Assembly (NCBI RefSeq): GCF_009914755.1
Contig: NC_060926.1
Direction: 5' to 3' (one strand)
Length of the DNA: 64,000 nt
From: the human T2T-CHM13v2.0 reference genome, Homo sapiens
Within the stretch, counting starts at the first letter, position 1, and each line of letters begins with the position of its first letter. The translations under genes and the position numbers were made by a program. Under the pieces are notes generated by a model. The model had not been told where the DNA came from, did not search any database, and saw only the letters and a program-made list of their open reading frames with translations. This document shows, in pieces, positions 1-13,567 of this stretch.

Positions 1-655
1 GATTTCTTTTCTTTTTTTGACTTTTAATTTAAGTTCGGGGTACATGTGCAGGTTTGTTACATAGTTAAACTGTGTCATAGGGATTTGTAGTACAGACTAT
101 TTCATTACCCAGGTATTAACGCTTAGTACCTCTTAGTTATTTTTTCTGATCCTTTCCCTCCTTCTACCCTCCACCCTCTGATAGACCCCATTGTGTGTTG
201 TTCTATTCTATATGTCCATGTGTTCTCTTCATATAGCTCCAACTTTTATATATTCTGGATATTAATCCCTTGTCAGGTGCAGAGTTTGTGAATATTTTCT
301 ACCACTCCGTAGGCTGCCTCATCACTATTGTTGAAGTTGATGGAAGTCTGTTGATTGTTTGCTTTGCTGTGCAGAAGCTTTTTAGCTTGATGTAATTCCA
401 TTGTCTATTTTTACTTTTGTTGCCTGTGCTTTTGAGGTCTTATCCAAAAAAAAAAAAACGATTCCCCCAGACCAGTCATAAAGAGTTTCTCCTGTTTTCT
501 TCTATTTTTCTTATAGTTTGGGCCATGCATTTAAATTTTTAATTCACTTTGAGTTGGTTTCCGTAAATGGTGAGCAATAGAGGTCTACTTTAATTCTTTG
601 CAAATGGATATTCAGTTTTCACAGCAATATTTATTGAAGAGAGTGCCTTCTCTCC
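1..655 (-). mobile_element. L1 fragments, minus strand (old L1PA-type 3' end 1-~250 joined to L1MA/PB-type ORF2 3' region)
   Basis: T-rich tail then 'aagttcggggtacatgtgcaggtttgttacatag' (L1 3' end), followed by 'tttgctgtgcagaagctttttagcttgatgtaa' and 'ggatattcagttttcacagcaatatttattgaaga', typical antisense L1 ORF2 sequence. Confidence 0.85.
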
Positions 656-990
656 TTTCTTTTCAATATAGCATTGGAATTTATAGCCAGAGCATTTAGG
701 CAAGATAAAGTTATAAAGATCATGTAAGTTGGAAAGAAGGAAGTCAAATTTCCCTCTTAGTAGATGATGTAGTCTTGTATGTAGAAAGCCCTACAGACTC
801 CACTAAAAAGTGTAACTGTCAACTAGTAAATGAATTCAGTAAACTTTCAGGAAAGAAAATCAACATATAATAACCAGTAACATTTCTGTATGTCAACTAT
901 CTAAAAAAGAAATAAAGAAAGTAATTCTATTTACAATAGCTACAAAAATTTAAATACCTAGGAATAAACTTAACCAAGAAGTTAAATTTA
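656..990 (+). mobile_element. L1 ORF2 (RT region) fragment, inverted relative to the preceding L1
   Basis: 'ttcaatatagcattggaa...gtagatgatgtagtcttgtatgtagaaagccctacagactccactaaaaag...aaatacctaggaataaacttaacc' resembles the degenerate L1 ORF2 LFNIVLE..FADD..KYLGINLT region. Confidence 0.8.
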
Positions 991-1899
991 TCTCCTGTAG
1001 AGAAACAGCTGAAATTGTGGAAAAACAGACACACGCTCTTATCATGTGAGTGGCTGACCTGCAACGAAAGGTGCATGCACAGCCTCACCTACTGTTGAGG
1101 TGTCTACTGTTAAAATGAGAGCATTGATTGGAAAAGAATGGGACCCTTCAACTTGGAATGGGGTTGTGTCATAGGATGCTGGTGAATCTGGTGACACTGA
1201 GTTTGTAAACTCTGATGAACCTTTTTTGCCAGAAGAAACAGCTTCCTATTCCCAGTAGTGGCAACATCCCCTCCCTGACCCATGCTGCCATCAGCCTTTC
1301 CACCTTTATCTGAGGAGATAAACCCTGTGCTGCCTGAGGCCACAGTGATGGCCTCTCCTGAGGCAGTTTCCAGGCAAAATATTGTTGATTCTTTTCAGGA
1401 GCCACCCCCAACATCCCCGTTTGCTTCTAGACCTATAATTAGATGAAAGTCCCAGCGGGCCGCTAGAGGTGAGGTTGAGAGTGTGACCCATGAGAAGGTG
1501 CACCACACTTGAAAAGAACTGCTTGAGTTCTCTAATTTGTATGAACAGAAATCTGGAGAACAGGCATGGGCATGGATATTAAGGGTATGGGATAATGGTG
1601 GAAAGAACATAGAGTTGGATTAGGCTGAATTTGTCGATTTGGGCCCACTAAATAGGGACTCTGCTTTTAATGTTGCAACTCAGGGAGTTAAAAAGGTTCT
1701 AATAATGTATTTGCTTGGTTAGCTGAAATGTGGATTAAAAGATGGTCCACTGTGAGTGAGCTGAAAATGCCTGATTTCCCTTAGTTTAATGTAGAGGAAA
1801 GGATCCAAAGGCTTAGAGAATTTGGGATGGTGGAGTGGATTAATCACTTTAGACCTGCTCATCCCAGCTGGGAGGATCCAGAAGATACATCCTTGACCA

Positions 1900-2100
1900 A
1901 TGCTTTGCAAAGATATCACACTGGTCTATTACATTGATGACATTATGCTGATTGGATCCAGTAAGCAAGAAGTAGCAAACACACTGAACTTATTGGTGAG
2001 ACGTTTGTGTGCCAGAGGATGGGAAATAAATCTGACTATAATCCAGGGAACTTCTACCTCAGTAAAATTTCTAGGGATCCAGTGGTGTGGGGCCTGTTGA
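1900..2100 (+). pseudogene. HERV-L pol reverse-transcriptase fragment
   Basis: Translation DITLVYYIDDIMLIG...VKFLGIQW contains the YxDD motif and downstream FLG motif; ends in a premature stop. Confidence 0.9.
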
Positions 2101-3101
2101 GATATTCCTTCTAAGGTGAAAGATAAGTTGCTGCATTTGACCCCTCCTACAATCAAGAAAGAGGCACATTCCTCATCTGGGCATGTTACTCTGGCCCATT
2201 TATCGAGTGACCTGAAAGGCTGCCAGTTTTGAGTGGCGTCCAGAACAGGAGAAGGCTCTGCAAGAGGTCCAGGCTACTGTGCAAGCTGCTCTGACACATG
2301 AGCCATAAGAGCCAGCAGATCCAATAGTGCTTGAGGTGTCAGTGGCGGATAGTGATGCTCTTTGGAGCCTTTGGCAGGCCCCCCATAGGTGAATCATAGT
2401 GGAGGCCTCTAGGATTTTGGAGCAAAGCCCTGCCATCTTCTGCAGATAAGTACTTTCCTTTTGACAGACAGCTCTTGGCCTGTTACTGGGCTTTGGTGGA
2501 AACTGAATGTTGGACTATGGGTCATCAAGTTACCAGGTGACCTGAATTTCCTATCATGAACTGGGTGCTTTCTGACCCATCTAGCTATAAAGTGGGTCAT
2601 GCACAGCAGCATTCCATCATCAAGTAGAAGTGATATATATGTCATCAGGCTCAAGAAGGTCCTGAAGTCACAAGTAAGTTACATGAGGAAGTTGTTCAAA
2701 TGCCCATGGTCTCCACTCCTGCCACCCTGCCTTCTCTTCCCTAGCCTGCACTGATGGTCTCATGGGGAGTTCCCTGTGATCAGTTGACAGAGGAAAAGAA
2801 GACTAGGGCCTGGTTCACAGATAGTTCTGTACGATATGCAGGCACCACCCAAAAGTGGACAGATGCAGCACTACAGCCCCTTTCTAGGACATCCCTGAAG
2901 GACAGTAGTGAAGAGAAATTTTCCCAGTGAGCAGAACACTGAGCAGTGCACCTGGTTGTGCACTTTGCATGGAAGGAGACATGGCCAGATGTATGATTAT
3001 GTACTGATTCATGAGCTGTAGCCAGTGCTTTGGCTGGATGGTCAGGGACTCGGAAGAAGCATGATTGAAAAACTGGGGACAAAGAAATTTGGGGAAGAAG
3101 T

Positions 3102-3947
3102 ATGTGGATGGACCTCTGTGAGTACTCAAAAGCTGTGAAGATATTTTTATCCCATGTGAGTGCTCACCAATGGGTGACCTCAGCAGAGGAGGATTTTAAT
3201 AATCAGGTGGATAGGATGACCCGTTCTGTGGACACCACTCAGCCTCCTTCCCCAGTCACCCCTGTCATCACCCAATGGTATCATGAACAAAGTGGCCATG
3301 GTGGCAGGGATGGAGGTTATACATGGGCTCAGCAACATGGACTTCCACTTACCGAGGCTGACCTGTCTATGGCCATTGCTGAGTGCCCAATTTGCCAGCA
3401 GCTAAGACCTATGCTGAGCCCTCGATACGACACCATTCCTCAGGGTAATCAGCCAGCTACCTGGTGGCAGGTTGATTACACTGGACCTCTTCCATCATGG
3501 AAAGGGAAGAGGTTTGTCCTCACTGGAATAGACAATTACTCAGGATATGGGTTTGCCTATCCTGCACACAATGCTTCTGCCAAGACTACCATCCATGGAC
3601 TCACAGAATGCCTTATCCACCATCATGGTATTCCACACAGCATTACCTCTGCCTTGGCTAAAGAAGTGCAACAGTGGGCTCATGCTCATGGAATTCACTG
3701 GTTTTACCACATTGCCCATCATTCTAAAGCAGCTGGATTCATAGAATGGTGGAATGGCCTTTTGAAGTCACAATTCCAGTGCAAACTACGTGACAATACT
3801 TTGCAGGGCTGGGGCAAAGTTCCAGAAGGCTGTGTATGCTCTGAATCAGCATCCAATATATGGTACTGTTTCTCCCATAGCCAGGATTCATGGGTTCAGG
3901 AATCAAGGGATAGAAGTGGAAGTGGCACCACTCACCATCACCCATAA
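3102..3947 (+). pseudogene. HERV-L pol RNase H C-terminus plus integrase relic
   Basis: HVSAH...NNQVD (RNase H end), HEQSGH..CPIC (HHCC zinc finger), WQVDYTGP, IEWWNG; frameshift near 3820. Confidence 0.9.
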
Positions 3948-3959
3948 CGATCCACTAGC

Positions 3960-4230
3960 AAAATTTTTGATTCTTGCTCATGCAGCACTGCATTCCGCTG
4001 GCTTAGAGGTCTTAGTTCCAGAGGGAGGAATGCTGCCACCAGGAGACAACAATTCAATTAAACTGGAAGTTAAGATTGCCACCTGGACACTTTGGGCTCC
4101 ACCTACCTTTAAGTCAACAAGCTAAGAAGGGAGTTACAGTGTTGGCTGGGGTGGTTGACCCGGACTATCAAGATGAAATCAGCCTGCTACTCCCTAACAG
4201 AGGTAAGGAAGGGTATGCATGGAATACAGG
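3960..4230 (+). pseudogene. HERV-L dUTPase relic (frameshifted)
   Basis: SAGLE (motif 1-like), PPGHFG and GVTVLAGVVDPDYQDEI (motif 3) split between ORFs 3790-4125 and 4076-4426, downstream of integrase as in ERV-L. Confidence 0.85.
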
Positions 4231-4801
4231 GGATCCATTAGGGCATCTGTTAGTATTACCATGCCCTTTGATTAAGGTCAATGGGAAACTACAACTGCCC
4301 AGTCCAGGCAGTACTACAAATGGTCCAGACCCCTCAGGAATGAAGTTTTGGATCAATCCACTAGGAAAAAAAAGCCATGACCTGCTGAGGTGCTTGCTGA
4401 AGGCAAAGGGAATACAGAATGGGTAGTAGAGGAAGGTAGTCATCAATACCAGCTACAACCACGTGACCAGCTGCAGAAATGAGGAGTGTAACTGTCATGA
4501 GCATTTCTTCCTTTTTTGTTAAAAATATGTTTGTGCATATATACACTTGTACTAAGAAAATATCTTCATTTTATTTTCTTTTACTTTATTATGTGATATA
4601 AGATTTATTGACTTCATATCAGTATTTAAGTATTGTTAACTTTATGTAATAGTATTTGGGTTGGGAATTGGTGTGTTTCTGGTTGTACGAAGGATAGTTG
4701 TATTATGTTAGGCATAATTATGACCTTATTATTGTCTTTATTTGAAGATTATGTATGATCTCAGGAGATGTGTATGGTTTCTGGTTGACAAGGGCTGGAC
4801 T

Positions 4802-5326
4802 TGTGATGGTTAATACTGAGTGTCAACTTGATTAGATGGAAGGATGCAAATTACTGGTCCTGGGTGTGTCTGTGCTAGTGTTGCCAAAGGAGTTTAACAT
4901 TTGAGTCAGTGGACTAGGGAAGGCAGACCCACCATTAATCTGGTCGGCACAATCTAATCAGCTGCAAGTGAGTATAAAGCAAGCAGAAAAATATCTAAAG
5001 GTGAGACTGGCCTACCCTCCCAACTAGATCTTTCTCCCGTGCCAAATGCTTCTGGTCCTCAAATATTGGACTCCAAGTTCTTCAGTTTTGAGACTCGGAC
5101 TGACCCTCCTTGCTCCTCAAGCTTTCAGACAGCCTATTGTGGGACCTTGTTATCATGTAAGTTAATACTTAATAAACTCTCATGATGAGAGTTTATTAAG
5201 GAGATATATATATATATGTATGTATATATATACATATATATACACACATATATATATATATACACATGTATATATATACATATATATATATCAGTTCTGT
5301 CCCTCTAGGGAACCCTGAGTAATACA
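4802..5326 (+). mobile_element. MLT2A LTR (3' LTR of HERV-L)
   Basis: Begins TGTGATGGTTAATACTGAGTGTCAACTTGATT and ends CTAGGGAACCCTGAGTAATACA; TATA-like 'tataaa' ~4973, AATAAA at 5171, internal (TA/CA)n tract. Confidence 0.92.
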
Positions 5327-5500
5327 CTCTGTATAAGTGGGAAGATAATGCTTTCATTCTCTCCAAATTAATAAGTCAAGTCAATACAATTCTAATCAAC
5401 ATAGAGACCAATGTTAGTGTTTTAAAGGAAATTATTCTTCATTTGGATGATTTTTAAAGGTAAAATTTCTATAGAAGAATAAAAATCAATAAATAGCTGA

Positions 5501-5805
<305 letters not shown>

Positions 5806-6512
5806 GAGTTAATCTTTATAAAATGAGTTAAGCAGGGGAAATTACACTGCTGGATATTAAAACATACTACAAATAAATAATGAGAAAAATATAAGTACAG
5901 ATATAAGAACAGACAAATAGACCAATAGAACAGAACTCAGAATTCATAGATAAATGAAAATTGTAACTTAATATATAATGAGCATATTAAAATCAATAGG
6001 AAAAAAGAGGCTGTACAAAATGACGTTGGGAAAAAGCCTTACTTTATGAAGAAAAATACAACTTGTTCCTTATCCTTTAATGTATGCAAAAATTAGTTAA
6101 AACTTTTCTTCAAAAAGTAAAACAAGAAAGTTAATGGAAGAGAATATATGTACAATACTTTTGGACCTTGGGTAGTGGTATTTAGCAAAACCCAATAGCA
6201 CATACAATAGGAAAAATATGGGTTTGATTACAGCAAATGTACATATTTCTGCTTAATGAAGAACATTGGACAGAATTTTCATGCACATTGGGAGAAAATA
6301 TTTACAATGAATATAAGTGTAGGAGATGATAATCTAAGATATATAAGGAAATCATTTAAATCAATCAGAAAAAGAGTATCCTACAGAAAAGTGAGCCATG
6401 GGTATAAATATGTATATGAACAGATACTGAATAACATTGTTTATTAAAGAAATGCAAATTAAAACTAGAAATAAGTATCACTGTCACACATCAGATTGGC
6501 AAAATTTAGAAA

Positions 6513-6578
6513 GCTTGATAGTGCCAAGTTTTAGCAGCAGTAGAGGCTTCATAGTGCCAAGTTTTAGCAGCAGTAGAG
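6513..6578 (+). repeat. 33-bp tandem duplication inside L1
   Basis: gctt(g/c)atagtgccaagttttagcagcagtagag x2. Confidence 0.9.
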
Positions 6579-6959
6579 AATTTTTATGTATTGTTTGTAC
6601 ACGTGTAACTGTTGCTGCTTTTCTGAAAGCAACCTGTCAGTTTTTAGTTACATTAACTCAACTTATACCCTATGACTCAGCAATTCTGTTGCTAGGCATA
6701 TATCTCAGTGAAATTCTCACAGATGTCCATAGAGATTATGTACTAGGGTGTGCATTGAAACATTGTTTAGCTGTACACAGTAGAAAATAACATCCATTCA
6801 TTGGGGAAAGAGATGGGCAAAAACTAGTGGGTGCACACTGTGGAATACTATGCAGCAGTTAGAATAAGAGAAAAAAACCTAGATGCATGCACAACATCAT
6901 GCATAAAGACGCATAACTCAGTGCTGATACAACATGTTAAAACAGAATGAGTGAAATAT

Positions 6960-7275
6960 CATACTGCAATTAAGATGGCATGTGTCAAAAAGACAGAAAA
7001 TAACAAATGCTGGAGAGGGCACCAGCAGGGGGAACCCTCCTACAGTGTGGGTAGGAATGTAAATTAATATAGCCACTGTGGAAAGTAGTAGAGAATTTCT
7101 TCGAGAAAACTAAAAATTGAACTACCTTATGATTCAGCATTCCCACTGCTGGGTACAGAGCCAAAAGAAAGGAAATCAATATGTTGAAGAGATGTCTGCA
7201 GCACTCCCATGTTCATTGCAGCGCTATTTACAATAGCCAAGATATGGAATCAACGAATGAATGGATAAAAATGTG

Positions 7276-7326
<51 letters not shown>

Positions 7327-7855
7327 TGTCTGTGTATATATACACAATGGAATATTATTCTGCCACAAAAATAATGAAACCCTATCATTTGCAGCAACAT
7401 GGATGAAACTGGAGGTCATTATATTAAATGAAATAAGGCAGTAACAGAAAGACAAATATTGCCTATTCTCACTCCTATGTGGGAGCTAAAAAATTGATCT
7501 CATGGAATTAGTGAATAGATGGTTATCAGAGGCTAGAAGAAGTTGTGGTGGGTAGGGGATAAAGAGGTATTGGTTAATGGATACAAAAATTCAGTTATAT
7601 TGAGGAATAAGATCTACTGTTCATTAGCACAATTGGCCTACTATAGTTAACAATTTTTTTTTGTATGTTTCAAAATAGCTAGAAGAGTGGATTAGGAATG
7701 TTCCCAACACAAATGTATAATACATACTTGAGATGATGGATATCCTAATTACCTTGATTTGATCATTACGCATCATATGCATGTATCAAAATATGACATA
7801 TACCCCATAAACATGTGTAACTGTTGTATATTTAAAAAAATAAAACAAAAAATAC
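6960..7855 (+). mobile_element. L1MA 3' end with internal (TG)n
   Basis: 'caaaaagacagaaaataacaaatgctgg', 'tcatttgcagcaacatggatgaaactggagg', 'gatttgatcattac...taccccataaacatg' and an A tail; (TG)n at ~7279-7325. Confidence 0.88.
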
Positions 7856-8699
7856 AGAATGACATCTGTAACTTGAAATCATTTTATTAATTAAAATGAC
7901 ATACATCCAAAACAAAACTAAATTTACATGAATATATCTCTCTCTGCCTCTACATATCTATATTATAGATATCTATATAGATGTCTATATTATATTATAA
8001 AGATATATATCAGATACTATATGATATCTATATATCAGATATCTATATTATAGGTATATATCTTACAGAATGTAACATATAGAGTATAAGTGAAATTACT
8101 TGGGAGGTAAAAGGAAATGAATGCATATTTTAAATAAGAGAATTACTGTATATGAACTGATCATAGAGTAAATAAACTGAGGAGCATAATTGGCTCAACT
8201 CTGCATCCGAAGATCAAAAATAACAGCATATTATGGCAAACAAAAAAAGAAACTGTTAGGGCTGCTACCAAGTACTAGACACTACAATTTTCACCACTGC
8301 TACTTCCAGACTTGATTGAGGTATCAGTGCCAGAAACCTGACCTTCCAGCCACCACTTGTGGCCACTTCCAAAGACAGAGTTCCCTCACCCCTCGCCCTC
8401 ACATTACTATCTCCTGGGTTAAGATATGACATGAGTGTGACTGATTGGTGAATCCCACATCACCATGCTGTGCCCTAAATACAAGGAAGACTGGGAAAGA
8501 GAGTATCTAGCATTTTCACTCCTCATCATCAAATTAGGATTGGTCTCTGCACTTCACAACAAGACTGATAATGTGGGGAAGAATTGCCTAGATGTACTAA
8601 GGTATTCAGAAACTGGGTGGCCACAGTTAATGCCAAATATTTGCTTTTGTCAATTTATAGATTATTTGATTTGTTTTTTTGGACATGCTTCCAGGATTA

Positions 8700-9750
<1,051 letters not shown>

Positions 9751-9773
9751 TGAACGGAAGCTCTTCTGAGTAG

Positions 9774-10352
<579 letters not shown>

Positions 10353-10676
10353 TAACTGGATTCCAAGAGGCTTGTACAATGAGTTTATGCATACTTCTTG
10401 TATCTTTTCAAAGAAATAATCATTATGCACATCTGGCTCTGGCCCAAGGTCTTTGAAGCTAGGTGCCTTTTTTGGCATCCTCTCTTACTGTCATTACCAT
10501 TTTATTTCTCCTAGCGGCCCTTATTTATACATTGTGGTTTGGAGTTATAGGTGTTCCATAGACTCATCAAAATAGCATACCTGTTTCTGTTTTATGTTCT
10601 CCTCGTTTGCTTCAGTCCATTTTATAGAGGAAAAAGAAAAAGAGTTATGTTAACTTTTTCGTCTAAAAACTGGAAG

Positions 10677-11018
<342 letters not shown>

Positions 11019-13344
11019 CTAAGTAATGATGCTGTGGCCACGAGGAGCTGAGTACCATCATGTGTGGTGGCCCATTTACTAAGAGTGATACCAACTTCAG
11101 GGCCTTGACTCAAGGTCATGTCCTCCAACTCCTAAAAAATATTAGATGGAGATAAACATTATAGTGATGAGCTCTTCGAACTGTGTCTCTCACTCAAGGC
11201 AATTCTTATCCATTATCCTTTATTCAGGAACCACGTGTATAAGTTGAGTACAAATTATCAGGCTATAGTCATTTGAAAATGTTAGTCTACTTGTATGTCC
11301 CTTGAAGATGATCAGCCAAGTCGCAAGGTAAACGAGCAACACTCTAATAGTCTGGCCTTTTTTGTTTGTTTCTTTATGCATATTTATTGTTTTGATGTAA
11401 TCTTTGTTGGTTATTTAGAGCAGATATGATCACCATACCCCAAGTATTCTGAAACACGTGAGTCTCTCCCATGGACATTTGTTCTATTTCATTGCATTGA
11501 CTAGGGACTACCTAGGGACAGGGTTGAAGGTTGTGGTTATGTAAACTCAGATCCTTCATCATGTATATTCCATCTGAAGACAGCAATTAGACACATAACT
11601 AAAATACAAAGAAAGTACCTAATCACTAACTTGTAGAGTTATGTGGTTTAAATAAGAAAATTCCCTGGTAGGTAGAAAACTGCTAATATTAGCTGTTTTA
11701 TTGATATTATTTTCTATCATCATCACCATCATCATCAGTGCAAGGAGGTAGTAACATAATTCTATGAATTGACAGAGGTGGAAGAATTTGATTTGCTGCT
11801 AGATTGATTCCATGGATATTGACAATGACCGCAAATATGGTCCTTGGATAAAGGATAGATAAAGGATAGGTCCTTGGAGAAAGGAAAATCATTAGTGGGC
11901 ACACAGGGAGAACTGAAAGTGGAGAAGCAGGGATGTTTATTGCGCTGCTTTGTCAGGGTGCATTGTGGCAAAAAAAATCAAAACAAAACAAAACAAAAAA
12001 CCTGTTTCAGTATTGGGGCCTATGCATTGACCTTTTGGTTCTGTCTTATTCTCTCTAATTAGCTCACTTCAACTTGGTGTGTTTTCTTTAGCATTGCATT
12101 TGGCATCAGCCTGGTCCCAGTATAACAATTTTGAGAGGATGAGAGACATGGATGGAAATAACCCCTCTAAAGTTACTATGACCTTCTCCCATAATGTATT
12201 GTAATGTGGTGGTAATGATAGGCACACTAGCTTCTGTACTTGAAGTTAAAAGAAAATTCAGTTCTGTTTTCTTTTCACCATCCACAAACTGTTATTTGTA
12301 ATAACAGAGGGAAGAGTTTTCTATAGCTAGCCTGTCAGTGGTTCCAAACTGGAAATAACATCCAACCACTAACTGCTGTTTAATTTTTTTTTCTTTTTAC
12401 TTTATTTCATGTGTAGCTATGTTTGCACAGCAGGGCAGCAAACATCTGAGGAAATGTCACTTGGAATAGCAAATAAGCTAGCAATGCCATTGTCTCTGCC
12501 TAAGGTTTTACCTTTGGTGTGTGTAGTTCTTATTTACTTTGGTGGGTTAATAGCCCCAGTTCACCAGAAAGACTTAATTTAAATAAAATGAAACCTGCGG
12601 GAAGATGAAAGGTGGCAAATGGCACTACTTGCCAAAATGTCAATTTCATGCTTGTGGTACTTTATTTCTCTAGAATGGGAAGCATTTCTAAGAGAAACCC
12701 ATCACCAAGAGCATTGTTGGCTGCTGAATGACTGAGGGCAGAAGAAGGGAGTCCTGGTGAGAATTCAGCACAGGGCGGGGCCTGCAGAAGCCTAGATGCT
12801 CAGTGTATAATCTTTATATGTAACTAAACCCCAGACAGACTTCTTGTGTTTCTGAGGGATGCTCCTGTTTTCTCTCAGGGATTTCTATTTTGGGAGGTTG
12901 GCACAAAGAGACGTCAGTGGATGTTGGCAGAAACCATGTTTCTCTCCAGCTGCTCCAATGGAAATCAACATGTTACCGTGAGTCATATTTTTTCCTTTGC
13001 CAGTAGGGTTTTATACACCATCATCCCTACTCCAAGACATGCCTAGTGACCAGGAGCAGGAGGAATTCTTGGACCTCTGGGAGTTCATGGCCCTCTCCTT
13101 AAAGGAAGGGCCCAAACTCAAAGAAAAAGCTAGAGGTTAAGACAGACTCATACTACTTCCCTCCATAAAGTTGATAGTTTTCTTGTATCAGGGGCAGGAT
13201 AGGGGCACAGATAATGGTATAGGGGTTCTTTTCTGGCACCTTGTATCATATTATTTGCCCTTTTCCTCTCCAGCTAACTCCTTGTACCAGAGAGAAAAGC
13301 AAAGCATTTAAATTTATGAGTACTGATATAGTTCCAAGTCAGCA

Positions 13345-13465
13345 TTTTAACTACTTTGCGTTTCAGTTTACACATCTGTAATACGTGAATAGTAACCACT
13401 TCCTCAGAATTGTTGAGAAGATGAAATTAGATAATTGAGTTTAGTGCATGTAAAATGTTCCCAGC
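13345..13465 (+). mobile_element. MIR fragment
   Basis: 'tcagttttacacatctgtaatacgtgaatagtaaccacttcctcagaattgttgagaagatgaaattagataa...gcatgtaaaatg' resembles the MIR core and 3' part. Confidence 0.65.
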
Positions 13466-13567
13466 AAAGTTCTGCTGGAGGTAAGCCTTTTTAGATCCAA
13501 GATTTTCAACCTAAGATTTACCTCCAGAAGTATTTTGCTGGGAAAATTTTACATGCACCAAACTCAA
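13435..13567. repeat. Inverted repeat: 50-bp arms (45/50 identical), 33-nt loop
   Basis: 13435-13484 versus reverse complement of 13518-13567, aligned by eye. Confidence 0.93.

Larger units (their letters stand above)
988..4801 (+). mobile_element. HERV-L (ERVL) internal region, 5'-truncated and internally deleted
   Basis: gag-like ~990-1910; RT with YIDD motif (ORF 1900-2100); RNase H ~2780-3220; integrase; dUTPase; purine-rich PPT-like 'aagggctggact' just before the LTR. No env, as expected for ERV-L. Confidence 0.93.

Noticed and set aside
3102-3947. Domesticated functional integrase gene
   Set aside because: The second catalytic Asp motif is missing, there is a frameshift near 3820, and surrounding pol is full of stops.
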